Assembly (NCBI GenBank): GCA_036149055.1
Contig: JAYZQJ010000055.1
Span: 1-55,839 of the forward strand
DNA: 55,839 bases
Reading direction: 5' to 3'
Source: Myxococcota bacterium
GTDB taxonomy: Bacteria; Myxococcota_A; Polyangia; Polyangiales; Sandaracinaceae
Shown here one piece after another: positions 34,457-46,267 of this stretch; the stretch's first letter is position 1; each line of letters starts with the position of its first letter. Both the position numbers and the translations under genes were made by a program. Under the pieces are notes generated by a model that saw only the letters and a list, made by a program, of their open reading frames with translations, made no database searches and had not been told where the DNA came from.

Positions 34457-34504
34457 CGGCACGGATATAGGCGGGGCCCCCCCGAGGCGCAATCGGTGCG
34501 CCGA

Positions 34505-35140
34505 TCAATCGATCGACGACGCGGGCAACGACGCGGTGAGCTGCCGCAGGTGAGGCACCCGCTCCTCGAGCAGCGGGAGCTGTCGCCGGAGCACGGTCTG
34601 CACGACGTCCTCCAGCGAGAGCGTGAAGAAGAACGTGAGGTTGTGGAGGATCCAGCGGTCCGCCTGGAGGATCGCGAGCCCTCCGGGGTCGGTGGCGACC
34701 TCGGGGATCGAGCCCGCCTCGAGCTCCTCGAGGAGGCGCCGCGTGCCGTGCTGATAGGCGTCGACCTCGACCGGGCCGAACTCCACGTGGAGCAGCGCGA
34801 AGACCCCGGCGGCCACGAGGCGGCGGTAGATCGGGAGCTGGTCGCGCGCGAGGTGATAGCCGAGCTCGTGGGCCTCTTCGCGGCTCAGGTCCTCCTCGAA
34901 GGCCCAGCTCCCGCGGTCGTCGCCGGCGCCCGCGCGAAAGACGACCACCTGCGGGTCGTCGGTCAGGGTCCGGATCGCGGCCAGCATCTCGCGATCGAGC
35001 TCCGCGCCGGTCGGTCCCACGGTGCGGTACCGCTCGAGCCGCTCCCGCCCCACCCGGAAGTGCCCCTCCGGAGAGATGATCCAGGTCTTTCGCTCCCCCG
35101 CCGTCGTGTCGATGCTGCGTTCTTCGACCCGTACGCCCAT
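34505..35140 (-). CDS. Hypothetical protein
   Basis: 211-aa ORF with globular composition, co-oriented with neighbours. Confidence 0.7.
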   Translation of the reverse strand: MGVRVEERSIDTTAGERKTWIISPEGHFRVGRERLERYRTVGPTGAELDREMLAAIRTLTDDPQVVVFRAGAGDDRGSWAFEEDLSREEAHELGYHLARDQLPIYRRLVAAGVFALLHVEFGPVEVDAYQHGTRRLLEELEAGSIPEVATDPGGLAILQADRWILHNLTFFFTLSLEDVVQTVLRRQLPLLEERVPHLRQLTASLPASSID

Positions 35141-35239
35141 CCCCCCGGAAGCTCCTCCCCCACCAACATAGCAGGTCGCGCCCCGCGCCCTCGGCCGCGA
35201 CGTCGGCGGTCGTCGAGCCGCCGGATTTCAGGGGGGCTC

Positions 35240-35297
35240 GGGCAGGGGCACGGGCACGGGCAGGGGCACGGGAGCCAGCCGCCGGCGGCGGCTGGCT
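35240..35297 (-). terminator. Hairpin overlapping a stop codon, followed by a short hexamer array
   Basis: AGCCAGCCGCC-GGC-GGCGGCTGGCT (35273-35297), adjacent to GGGCA(G/C) x5 (35240-35269). Confidence 0.55.
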
Positions 35298-37335
35298 AGA
35301 CGAGACCTTCGTCGATCCGCCTCATCCCCTCGAGCAGCAGCCCCTCGGGAGAGGTCGTGATCACGCGCTCGGGCGGGTCGAAGCGGGGGTCGAGCGAGAA
35401 GCGGCCGCGGTCGAGCTTGAGGAGCGCGTAGAACGCATCCTCGCCGTCGTGCTCGCCGCGGTGGGCGTGCACGATGCGGCCCTCGACGGAGTGGATCTCG
35501 CGGGGCTTCGCGCCCGAGACGATCTCGCGGCGGCCGCCGCGGCGGCCGTTGGAGAGGATCTGCACGACGTCCGGCAGCGACATCTCCTCGAGCGATCCGC
35601 TCACGCCGCTCGAGGTCGACGAGCGCGCCGCGCCCTCCACCGCCTGCCCTGCCTTCGTCGCGACCACCTCGGGCGAGGCCGGCTTCACCACGTAGTCGGT
35701 CGCGCCGAGCTCGAAGCCCTTGGTGACCGAGTCCCGGTCGGCGCGGCCGGTCAGGAAGAGCACCGCCGGCCGATCGGCCTCGGCCATGGCGCGCACCTTC
35801 TCCATCAGCGTGAAGCCCTCGCCGCCGCCGGAGAGATCGACCTCGGTCACGATCACCTCGGGCGGACGCTCCTCGAGCCGCTCGAGCGCCGTCGGCAGCT
35901 CGCGGGCCACGTCGACCGCGAAGCCGTGCTCGATCAGCCGCATCTCGAGCACCGTCGTCTCCTCCGGATCCGGGTCGACGATCAGCACCCGCGGCCGCGC
36001 GCCCACCCGCTCGTTGCCCTGGTCGCCGAGCACGACGTGCCGGAGGAGATCGACCAGCGTCGGATCGAAGAGCTCGCCGGCCAGCTCCTTGAGCACGCTG
36101 AGCGCCTGCGCGGGGGAGAGCACCCGCCGGTAGGGGTTCTTCGAGTTGGTCGTCAGATCGGAGTAGGTCTCGACGATCGCGATCACGCGCGCGCCGTAGG
36201 GGATGTCCTTGCCCGCGAGCCGATCGGGGAGGCCCTTGCCGTCGAAGCGCTCGTAGAGGTGAGCGAGGATCTTCTTGGTGTCCGCCGGGAGCTGCGCCGA
36301 CGCGAAGAGCTTCACCGGCGAGAGCCGCGCCTTCGTGGCCTGCGTCCGGTGCCCCTCGTGACGCGCCACGTTGAGCGCGGTGAGGTGGAAGCCGCCGGCC
36401 GTCTTGCCGAGGTCGTGGATGTAGGCGGCGACGAGCAGCGCGTGGCGATCGGCGGCGCCGAGCCCCACGCGCTCGGCGACCATCCGGCAGAGGCGCGCGA
36501 CCTGCCCGCTGTGACCGCGCAGCTCCCCGCGCTCGCGGTCGAGGAGCGAGACGAAGACGTTGAGGGTCTCGCGGTAGTCCTCGAGCGACACGCGCGGCTC
36601 GTCGGCCGAGCCCGAGAGCGGCGAGTCGCCGGGGATCGTGCCCTCGAGGGGGACCGGCGCCGGCGGCGGCGGCTTGCGGGGCGCGGGCTCGGCGATGCGC
36701 ACGGGGGCGGGCGGCGCGTCGACCGGCGGCGGGTCGATGGCCGGCCCCATGAACGCGAACGGGTCCGCGAAGTCGTCGGCGCCGCTCGAGGTCACCCGGG
36801 GCTCGCCCTGCGCCGGGGTGCTCGGCCCGCCCACGCGCGGGGCGTCGAACCCGAAGTCCGGCATCTCCCGGGCGAACAGCTCCTCGAAGGCGCGGGCGTG
36901 CCCGGCGTAGAACTTCTCGATCGCGGCCGCGATGGCGGCGGGGCGGGCCACCAGCGAGCGGACCTCGCGCACGCCGCTGACCACCTGCACCTGCTTCTCG
37001 CAGTCGTCCTCGCCCGGCGCGGCCACCACGACCGAGAGCTGCTGCGCGCGCTTGTCGAAGACCACCGGGAAGACCTGCAGGCGCTCGGCCAGCTTGCGCG
37101 GGATGCGCTCGAGGGTCTTCCGGTCGATGTTCGCCTTCGAGAGCCGCTCGGTGGAGACGAAGCGGGTCTGGTAGCGGGAGGCGAGCAGCTTGAGCAGCTC
37201 CGCCTCGCGCATCGCGCCGACCTCGAGCAGGGCCTCCTCGACCCGCTCGCCGGTGCGCTGGGCCTGATGCAGGGCGCCCTCGTACTGAGCCGGCGTCAAG
37301 ACGCCGGTCTCTTTCAGCCACGAGAGCACGTGCAT
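35296..37335 (-). CDS. Multidomain signalling protein: MshEN/T2SSE_N - HD-GYP-like - receiver - DUF4388-like
   Basis: N-terminal GVLTPAQYEGAL...GERVEEALLEVG; GHSGQVA, HDLGK, HLYERFDGKGLP; receiver VLIVDPD...VIVTE...FLTG...DYVVKP; C-terminal GSLEEMSLPDVVQIL...LLLEGMRRIDE. Start placed at ATG 37335. Confidence 0.85.
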   Translation of the reverse strand: MHVLSWLKETGVLTPAQYEGALHQAQRTGERVEEALLEVGAMREAELLKLLASRYQTRFVSTERLSKANIDRKTLERIPRKLAERLQVFPVVFDKRAQQLSVVVAAPGEDDCEKQVQVVSGVREVRSLVARPAAIAAAIEKFYAGHARAFEELFAREMPDFGFDAPRVGGPSTPAQGEPRVTSSGADDFADPFAFMGPAIDPPPVDAPPAPVRIAEPAPRKPPPPAPVPLEGTIPGDSPLSGSADEPRVSLEDYRETLNVFVSLLDRERGELRGHSGQVARLCRMVAERVGLGAADRHALLVAAYIHDLGKTAGGFHLTALNVARHEGHRTQATKARLSPVKLFASAQLPADTKKILAHLYERFDGKGLPDRLAGKDIPYGARVIAIVETYSDLTTNSKNPYRRVLSPAQALSVLKELAGELFDPTLVDLLRHVVLGDQGNERVGARPRVLIVDPDPEETTVLEMRLIEHGFAVDVARELPTALERLEERPPEVIVTEVDLSGGGEGFTLMEKVRAMAEADRPAVLFLTGRADRDSVTKGFELGATDYVVKPASPEVVATKAGQAVEGAARSSTSSGVSGSLEEMSLPDVVQILSNGRRGGRREIVSGAKPREIHSVEGRIVHAHRGEHDGEDAFYALLKLDRGRFSLDPRFDPPERVITTSPEGLLLEGMRRIDEGLV

Positions 37336-37436
37336 GCCCCGTGGGCGATCTGCTCCGAGGGCACGAGAGCCGCCACGCACCCCGGGAGCTTAGCAGGCCG
37401 GCGCCGACCCGAGCCCGCGGTTTTTTTCGACCTGGC

Positions 37437-38222
37437 TCAACTCTCGGAGTGGCGCAGCGTCAGCCAGGCGGCGGCGGCCAGGGACGCGACGAGGAGCGCG
37501 AGCGCGAGGCGCCGTCGCCGGCGCGCGGCGTCTCGGGAGCGGGCTCGCTCCGCGCGCAGCCCGGGACCGACCACGACGCCGAGGACGAGGGCGCCGGCGA
37601 TCGCGGCGGCCACGCTGGTCAGCACGGCGCCGTCGTCGGCGGCCTCGCCCCACGCCTCGAGCCGCGCGCTCCGGTCGGTCCAGGCCGGCGCGAGCACCGC
37701 GATCGCGAAGGCGCCGAGCGAGGTGATCGCGAGCAGGGCGCGCCGGGTCCAGCGCCGGGCCGCCGGCTCCGACACCGGCTCCTTGCCGACCAGCACCTGG
37801 GCGAGCGCGGGCTTCACGCGGGTGGGGCGGGCGACGGCGTGGGTGGTCGCGGCCAGCCAGGCGATCATCGACACCACCGCGAGCAGCAGGGTCGGCGGAT
37901 CGAGGACCTCGCGCTCGACCAGCTCCGGGCGGAGCGCGATCGGGAGGGCCAGCGCCGGGGGCGTGGCCCCGAGCAGGATCCAACGCGCCAGCTCGCGCCG
38001 CCCGCGGACGAGCAGCCACAGACCGCCGGCCAGGACCGCCAGCGCGAGCGCGGCGAGCGCCACCTCGAGCGGGCCCTCCGCGCCCATGCGCACGCTCGGG
38101 AAGAGCACGATCACCACCCAGGCGTTCAAGCCCAGCAGACCCACGCGCCAGGCGTCGGCGGCGTCGGCGCTCCGCGCCGGATCGGGGGCCTCCGAGGAAG
38201 CGGTATGGGGATCGGCGCTCAT
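37437..38222 (-). CDS. Hypothetical membrane protein
   Basis: 261 aa with about 7 hydrophobic segments. Confidence 0.7.
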   Translation of the reverse strand: MSADPHTASSEAPDPARSADAADAWRVGLLGLNAWVVIVLFPSVRMGAEGPLEVALAALALAVLAGGLWLLVRGRRELARWILLGATPPALALPIALRPELVEREVLDPPTLLLAVVSMIAWLAATTHAVARPTRVKPALAQVLVGKEPVSEPAARRWTRRALLAITSLGAFAIAVLAPAWTDRSARLEAWGEAADDGAVLTSVAAAIAGALVLGVVVGPGLRAERARSRDAARRRRRLALALLVASLAAAAWLTLRHSES

Positions 38223-38238
38223 GAGCTAGACTACGCGC

Positions 38239-41268
<3,030 letters not shown>

Positions 41269-41493
41269 GGTGTCTCACCGAGCCTCGCGCCGGTGATCCT
41301 CCTCACGCCCGGCGATCGTGGCCGCGCGCCCCGCTCGGGAGTGTCCGCCGGTTGCGCGCTCGCTCGGCGTGTTGCTACCTTCCGCGCGCCTCGGCGCAGC
41401 GGGAGGCGAGCGGACCCGAACGTTGGCGGACGATCGGAGGAAGCGCGACTCCAGGCGGCCGGGCTGGTGTTGGTTGGTGGATCGGAGGATCGA

Positions 41494-43353
41494 ATGAACC
41501 GTTTCTCGGTGTGCGCCGCTGCGTTCGCGGCGCTGGCGCTGGGCTGTGCTGCTCCCGTCGGAGGGGCGGAGGGCGACGCGTCGGATCTCGGCGCGCTACC
41601 TCAGCCGATCGTCAACGGAGAGCGCGGCGGGCTCGACTCGGTCGTCTCCGTCCAGAACATCCGGCGCGGCGGTCTCTGCACCGGCAGCCTCATCGCGCAG
41701 CGCGTCGTCCTGACCGCGAAGCACTGCGTCCAGGAGGCGTTCGCCGACGGCCCGGGGAGCCCGAGCGACTTCATCGTCGGCATCGGCGACACGGCCCGCG
41801 GGCTGAGCGCGGCGCTGCGGGTGCAGTCCATCGACACCACCCCCGGGCGCTACACCACCAGCTCCTCCGGCGGCGTCGGGCGCGACCTCATCGGCGTGGA
41901 CGTCGCGGTGATGGTCCTGCAGACGGGCGCGGCCGGCGTCGAGCCGCTGCCGATCATGCGCGAGAGCCACCGCTCGCTCGGCGGTCAGATCATCACCGCG
42001 GTCGGCTACGGCCAGACTCCGCGCGGCGAGGTCGGCATCAAGTACACGGCCGAGGGCCGCGTGCAGGGCACCGACGCCAACCTCATCTACGTCGGCCCGC
42101 TCACCTGTCAGGGCGACAGCGGCGGGCCCGCGATCACCGAGGCCGACGAGGTCGCGGGCGTGGTCAGCTTCGGCGCCGGCGGCTGCGGCAGCGGCTACGG
42201 CGCGTACAACGCCATCTTCCCGTTCCTCGACATGATCGACGACGCCCTCGCCGAGGCCGGGGCCTGCCTGAACGACGGCGAAGAGGTCTGCGACGGCTCG
42301 GACAACGACTGCGACGACCTGGTCGACGAGACCTGCTCGCCGATCGGCTCGCCCTGCAGCCTCGACGCCGAGTGCGTCGGCCAGACCTGCCGCGACACCT
42401 CGGCGGGCCGCATCTGCACCGCGCCCTGCGACCCGCTCCGCCCGTCGTTCGGCTGCGAGGCGGACTTCTACTGCGCCTTCGCCACCGGCTGCGAGGGCTT
42501 CTGCGTCCCGCGCGACGGCGAGGGCGGCGCGCCCGATGGCACCGCCTGCACTCGCGACGACGAGTGCGCCTCGCTCTTCTGCACCGATCCCGGCGACGGG
42601 AACACCCGCTGCCTGTCGCCATGCCGCGGTGACGAGGGCATGTGCCTCGCGGGCGAGGCCTGCGCGGCGAACCCGGGCGCCTGCGGCGGCTGCGTCGACG
42701 AGGACATCCTCATCGGCGCGCGCGGCCTCGGCGAGGCCTGCGCCGAAGACGCCGAGTGCGGCTCCGGCGACTGCTACGACGACGCCGGCCGGACCTACTG
42801 CACCCGCGCCTGCGCCGCGGACTCGGACTGCCCCGGGGGCTACCACTGCCGCGGCGACAGCTGCGTGTCGGGCCCGCGCGGCGAGCTCGGCGAGCCCTGC
42901 GTGGCCAACGAGGACTGCGCCGACGGAACCTTCTGCGCGTCTCGCGGCGAGGAGTCCTGGTGCACGCGGGTCTGCGGCGAGGGCTTCGAGGAGTGCCCGG
43001 GCGGCTTCGACTGCGTCGCCGCCGGCGCGGCCTCGGTCTGCGCGCCGACCCTCGGGCTGGTGGGCGAGTCCTGCGACAGCAGCGACGAGTGCCTCAGCGG
43101 CGTCTGCGCCACCCGCGGCGACGACGGCGGCACCTGCACCCGGATGTGCAGCGCCGAGGCGCCCTGCGCGGCCGGCTTCGAGTGTCGTCGCACGTCGGAC
43201 GGCGTCACCGCGGTCTGCGTGGCCCCCGAGCCGCCCACCTCGGGCGGGGGCTGCGCCGCGGCTCCGAACGCGCCTCGCGCGCCCTTCTTCTTGCTGGGTC
43301 TGGCCTTCGCCGTCATCGTGACCCTGCGCAACGTTCGCCGCTCGCGGCCGTAG
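41494..43353 (+). CDS. Trypsin-like (S1) serine protease with Cys-rich repeats and MYXO-CTERM-like anchor
   Basis: GGAGG RBS; IVNG, LTAKHC, DVAV, CQGDSGGP; EVCDGSDNDCDDLVDE; terminal GGGC-linker-TM-RR. Confidence 0.9.
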   Translation: MNRFSVCAAAFAALALGCAAPVGGAEGDASDLGALPQPIVNGERGGLDSVVSVQNIRRGGLCTGSLIAQRVVLTAKHCVQEAFADGPGSPSDFIVGIGDTARGLSAALRVQSIDTTPGRYTTSSSGGVGRDLIGVDVAVMVLQTGAAGVEPLPIMRESHRSLGGQIITAVGYGQTPRGEVGIKYTAEGRVQGTDANLIYVGPLTCQGDSGGPAITEADEVAGVVSFGAGGCGSGYGAYNAIFPFLDMIDDALAEAGACLNDGEEVCDGSDNDCDDLVDETCSPIGSPCSLDAECVGQTCRDTSAGRICTAPCDPLRPSFGCEADFYCAFATGCEGFCVPRDGEGGAPDGTACTRDDECASLFCTDPGDGNTRCLSPCRGDEGMCLAGEACAANPGACGGCVDEDILIGARGLGEACAEDAECGSGDCYDDAGRTYCTRACAADSDCPGGYHCRGDSCVSGPRGELGEPCVANEDCADGTFCASRGEESWCTRVCGEGFEECPGGFDCVAAGAASVCAPTLGLVGESCDSSDECLSGVCATRGDDGGTCTRMCSAEAPCAAGFECRRTSDGVTAVCVAPEPPTSGGGCAAAPNAPRAPFFLLGLAFAVIVTLRNVRRSRP

Positions 43354-43363
43354 GGAGCTGACG

Positions 43364-45181
43364 ATGAAGTGGATCGCCAGATTGTTCGCCATCACCCTCA
43401 CCCTCTCCGCGTGCGCGCCCGTGGGCCCGGAGATGGTCGGTGAGACCCAGGCGCCGATCGTCAACGGGACGTTCGAGCGGGGCCGCGACGAGGTCGTCTT
43501 CCTCTACAACGTCAGAGGCGCCGCCTGCACCGCGTCGATCATCGCGCCGCGCGTGGTGCTCACCGCGCATCACTGCGTCGCCTCGAACAGCGGCGCGACC
43601 TATCCGGCCAGCAACTTCCGCGTCTACGTCGGCTCCTCCACCGGCTCGCTGACGGCCGAGTACCGGGTGGCCGAGGTCCGGCCGGTGCCCAACGCGGGGC
43701 TCAGCGGGCGGCAGCCCAACGACGTCGCGCTCCTCGTCCTGTCGAGCGCGGCGCGCGAGACGCCCCTCGAGATCGCGCGGGAGACGCCGTCTCGGCTCTT
43801 CGGCCAGACGGTCACCGCGGTCGGCTATGGCCAGACCCCGGCCAACCAGTCGGGCACGAAGTACTGGACCGAGACCTCGATCGACGGATACATGGGCGGC
43901 TTCATCTTCGTGCCGCCGAGCGTCTGCTCGGGTGACTCGGGCGGCCCGCTCCTCGGCCCGGACAACAAGATCTACGGCGTCGCCTCCTTCATCTTCAGCC
44001 CCGACGGGCGCACCGAGCCGCGCTGCGGCACCGCCCCTGGCGCGTACAACGAGATCTACCGCTTCATCGACTTCATCGACGGAGTGCTCGCGGAGACCGG
44101 CACCTGCGTGCCCGACGCGATCGAGGTCTGCGACGGCGCCGACAACGACTGCGACGACGCGGTCGACGAGACCTGCACCCCGCTCGGTGAGCCCTGCGCC
44201 ACCAGCGACGAGTGCGTGGGCGGGCTCTGCGACGACACGCCGGCCGGCCGGGTCTGCACGTCGGTCTGCGATCCTCTCCGCCCCGCGCAGGGCTGCGCGC
44301 CGGGCAACTACTGCGCCCGGGCCGGCTGCGAAGGCTTCTGCGTGCCCGGTGAGGCCGGCGAGGGCCTGAACGACGACACGTGCGCGAGCGACACGGACTG
44401 CGCGTCGCTCCACTGCGTCGATCCCGGCGACGGCCGGGCGCGCTGCCTCGATCCCTGCCGCGCCGACGCCGGCGTGTGCCTCGCGGGCGAGGTCTGCGCC
44501 GCGGCGGCCGGGCAGTGCGGCGCCTGCGTGCCTCGCGGCCTGGTGGTCGGCGCGCGCGGGCTCGGCGAGCCCTGCGACGAGGACGACGAGTGTCGCGGCG
44601 ACTTCGTCTGCCACGAGTCGGCCGGCATCTCCGAGTGCGCCTCGGCGTGCAGCACCGACGACGAGTGCGGCGACGGCTTCGAGTGTCGGGACGCGCTCTG
44701 CATCCGCGATCGCCGCCAGGGCGTGGGCGGGGCGTGCGTGGTCAACGAGGACTGCGGCGGCGGCATCTGCGCCGCGGCCGGCGGGCGCCGCTGGTGCACC
44801 GCGCCCTGCTCGAGCGCCGACGAGTGCCCGGATGGGTTCGAGTGCGCGGCCGCGGGCGCCGCGATGGTCTGCGCCCCCGAGCGCGCGCTCGAGGGCGAGA
44901 GCTGCACCGAGAACGCGGACTGCGTCACCAACCTGTGCGCGGTCCTCGGCGGCGGCGAGGCGATCTGCACGAGCGTCTGCGACGCGGCGAACAGCTGCGC
45001 GCCCGGCTTCGAGTGCACCCGCACCGGATCGTCGGCCGCGGCGGTCTGCATCCCGGCCGCGCCGGCGGCGACCAGCGGCGGGGGCTGCGCGGTCTCGGCG
45101 CCCGCCTCCGGGCGCGGCGCGCTGATGTGGCTCGCGCTCTTCTCGCTCGTCGCGCTCGGCCTCGTGCTCCGACGCCGCTGA
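43364..45181 (+). CDS. Trypsin-like (S1) serine protease paralogue with Cys-rich repeats and MYXO-CTERM-like anchor
   Basis: Lipobox-like LSAC; IVNG, LTAHHC, NDVAL, CSGDSGGP; EVCDGADNDCDDAVDE; terminal GGGCAVS...TM-RRR. Confidence 0.9.
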   Translation: MKWIARLFAITLTLSACAPVGPEMVGETQAPIVNGTFERGRDEVVFLYNVRGAACTASIIAPRVVLTAHHCVASNSGATYPASNFRVYVGSSTGSLTAEYRVAEVRPVPNAGLSGRQPNDVALLVLSSAARETPLEIARETPSRLFGQTVTAVGYGQTPANQSGTKYWTETSIDGYMGGFIFVPPSVCSGDSGGPLLGPDNKIYGVASFIFSPDGRTEPRCGTAPGAYNEIYRFIDFIDGVLAETGTCVPDAIEVCDGADNDCDDAVDETCTPLGEPCATSDECVGGLCDDTPAGRVCTSVCDPLRPAQGCAPGNYCARAGCEGFCVPGEAGEGLNDDTCASDTDCASLHCVDPGDGRARCLDPCRADAGVCLAGEVCAAAAGQCGACVPRGLVVGARGLGEPCDEDDECRGDFVCHESAGISECASACSTDDECGDGFECRDALCIRDRRQGVGGACVVNEDCGGGICAAAGGRRWCTAPCSSADECPDGFECAAAGAAMVCAPERALEGESCTENADCVTNLCAVLGGGEAICTSVCDAANSCAPGFECTRTGSSAAAVCIPAAPAATSGGGCAVSAPASGRGALMWLALFSLVALGLVLRRR

Positions 45182-45280
45182 GGAGCCCCGGCGAGGCCGT
45201 CGCGTGTCGCCGGGTTCCGTCAGTCGCCTCGCTCGCCCCGCGTCCTCGGCGGGGTGACGCTGGTATGGTCCACGGCGGCG

Positions 45281-46267
45281 ATGGCCGAACGTCCTCATCC
45301 CCCGAGCGCCCGGAAGCTCCGCGAGGCGCGCCGCCGCGGTGACGTGCCGCGCAGCGAGCTGGCCTCCGGCGCGCTCGTCCTCCTCGCGGTGACGGCCACG
45401 GTGGTGTGGGGCGCGCCCACGGCGCTGGCCGCGTGGCGGCGCCTCTTCGCCGACGTGCTCTCGCTCTCGCCGCCGGACGCGCTCGCCGCCTCCGCGCTCG
45501 CCGCCGCATGGATGGTGGCCCCGGTGCTCGCGGTGGCCGCGGTCGCGGCGGCGCTGGCCGCCTTCCTCCAGGTCGGGCCGCTCTTCACCGCCGAGCCGAT
45601 GCGCCTCGACCTGACCCGCCTCGGGGAGGGCCTCGGTCGCGCCTTCTCTCCGCGGGGCGTGGCCGAGCGGCTGGCGTCGCTCCCGCTCCTGGCGCTGCTC
45701 GCCGCGCTGGGGCTCTGGGCCATCGGCGCGTCGCTCCACGGGCTCGCCGGGCGCCCGCTGCTGTCGCCCGCGGAGGCCACCTCGGCCGCGGCGGGGGTGC
45801 TCGGGGCGGTGCTCTGGCGCGCGGCGGGGCTCTTCGCGCTCGCCGGGGCCGTGGCCGTCGTCTACCGGCGCTGGCGCTGGTGGCGCGATCAGCACATGAC
45901 CCGTCGGGAGATGCGGGAAGAAGAGCGACGCACCGAGGGAGACCCGACCGCCCGCCGCCGCCGCGCGCGGCTCCATCGGGAGCGCGCCCTCGGGCCGAGC
46001 CTCGAGGAGGCGCAGCGCGAGGCGACGATCGCGCTGCGCGGCGCCTCGCTGTGCGTCCTGCTCGCGTGGCCCGATCGCGCGCTCCCGCCGACGGTGACGT
46101 TCGTCGCCCGGGGCGCGGCGGCGGACGCGGCGGCCCGCGAGACGCCGGGCGCGTTCGACGAGGCGCTGGCGGTGGAGCTCGCCCGGCTCGGCGTCGGGGC
46201 CTCGGTCCCGAGGCGCTTCTTCGCGCGCCTCGCGCCTCATCTCGCCGCTCTCCGGGAGGTCCCGTGA
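45281..46267 (+). CDS. Divergent FlhB/EscU/YscU-family export-switch homologue lacking NPTH
   Basis: ERPHPPSARKLREARRRGDVPRS N-terminus, four TM helices, FLQVG and HMTRREMREEERRTEGDP linker; RGAS is found where NPTH is expected. Confidence 0.8.
   Translation: MAERPHPPSARKLREARRRGDVPRSELASGALVLLAVTATVVWGAPTALAAWRRLFADVLSLSPPDALAASALAAAWMVAPVLAVAAVAAALAAFLQVGPLFTAEPMRLDLTRLGEGLGRAFSPRGVAERLASLPLLALLAALGLWAIGASLHGLAGRPLLSPAEATSAAAGVLGAVLWRAAGLFALAGAVAVVYRRWRWWRDQHMTRREMREEERRTEGDPTARRRRARLHRERALGPSLEEAQREATIALRGASLCVLLAWPDRALPPTVTFVARGAAADAAARETPGAFDEALAVELARLGVGASVPRRFFARLAPHLAALREVP

Noticed and set aside
35440..35545. Cluster of odd residues in the DUF4388-like domain (RREIVSGAKPREIHSVEG...HR) as targeted diversification
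   Set aside because: No template repeat was seen; local sequencing/consensus error or ordinary divergence is more likely and needs read-level inspection.
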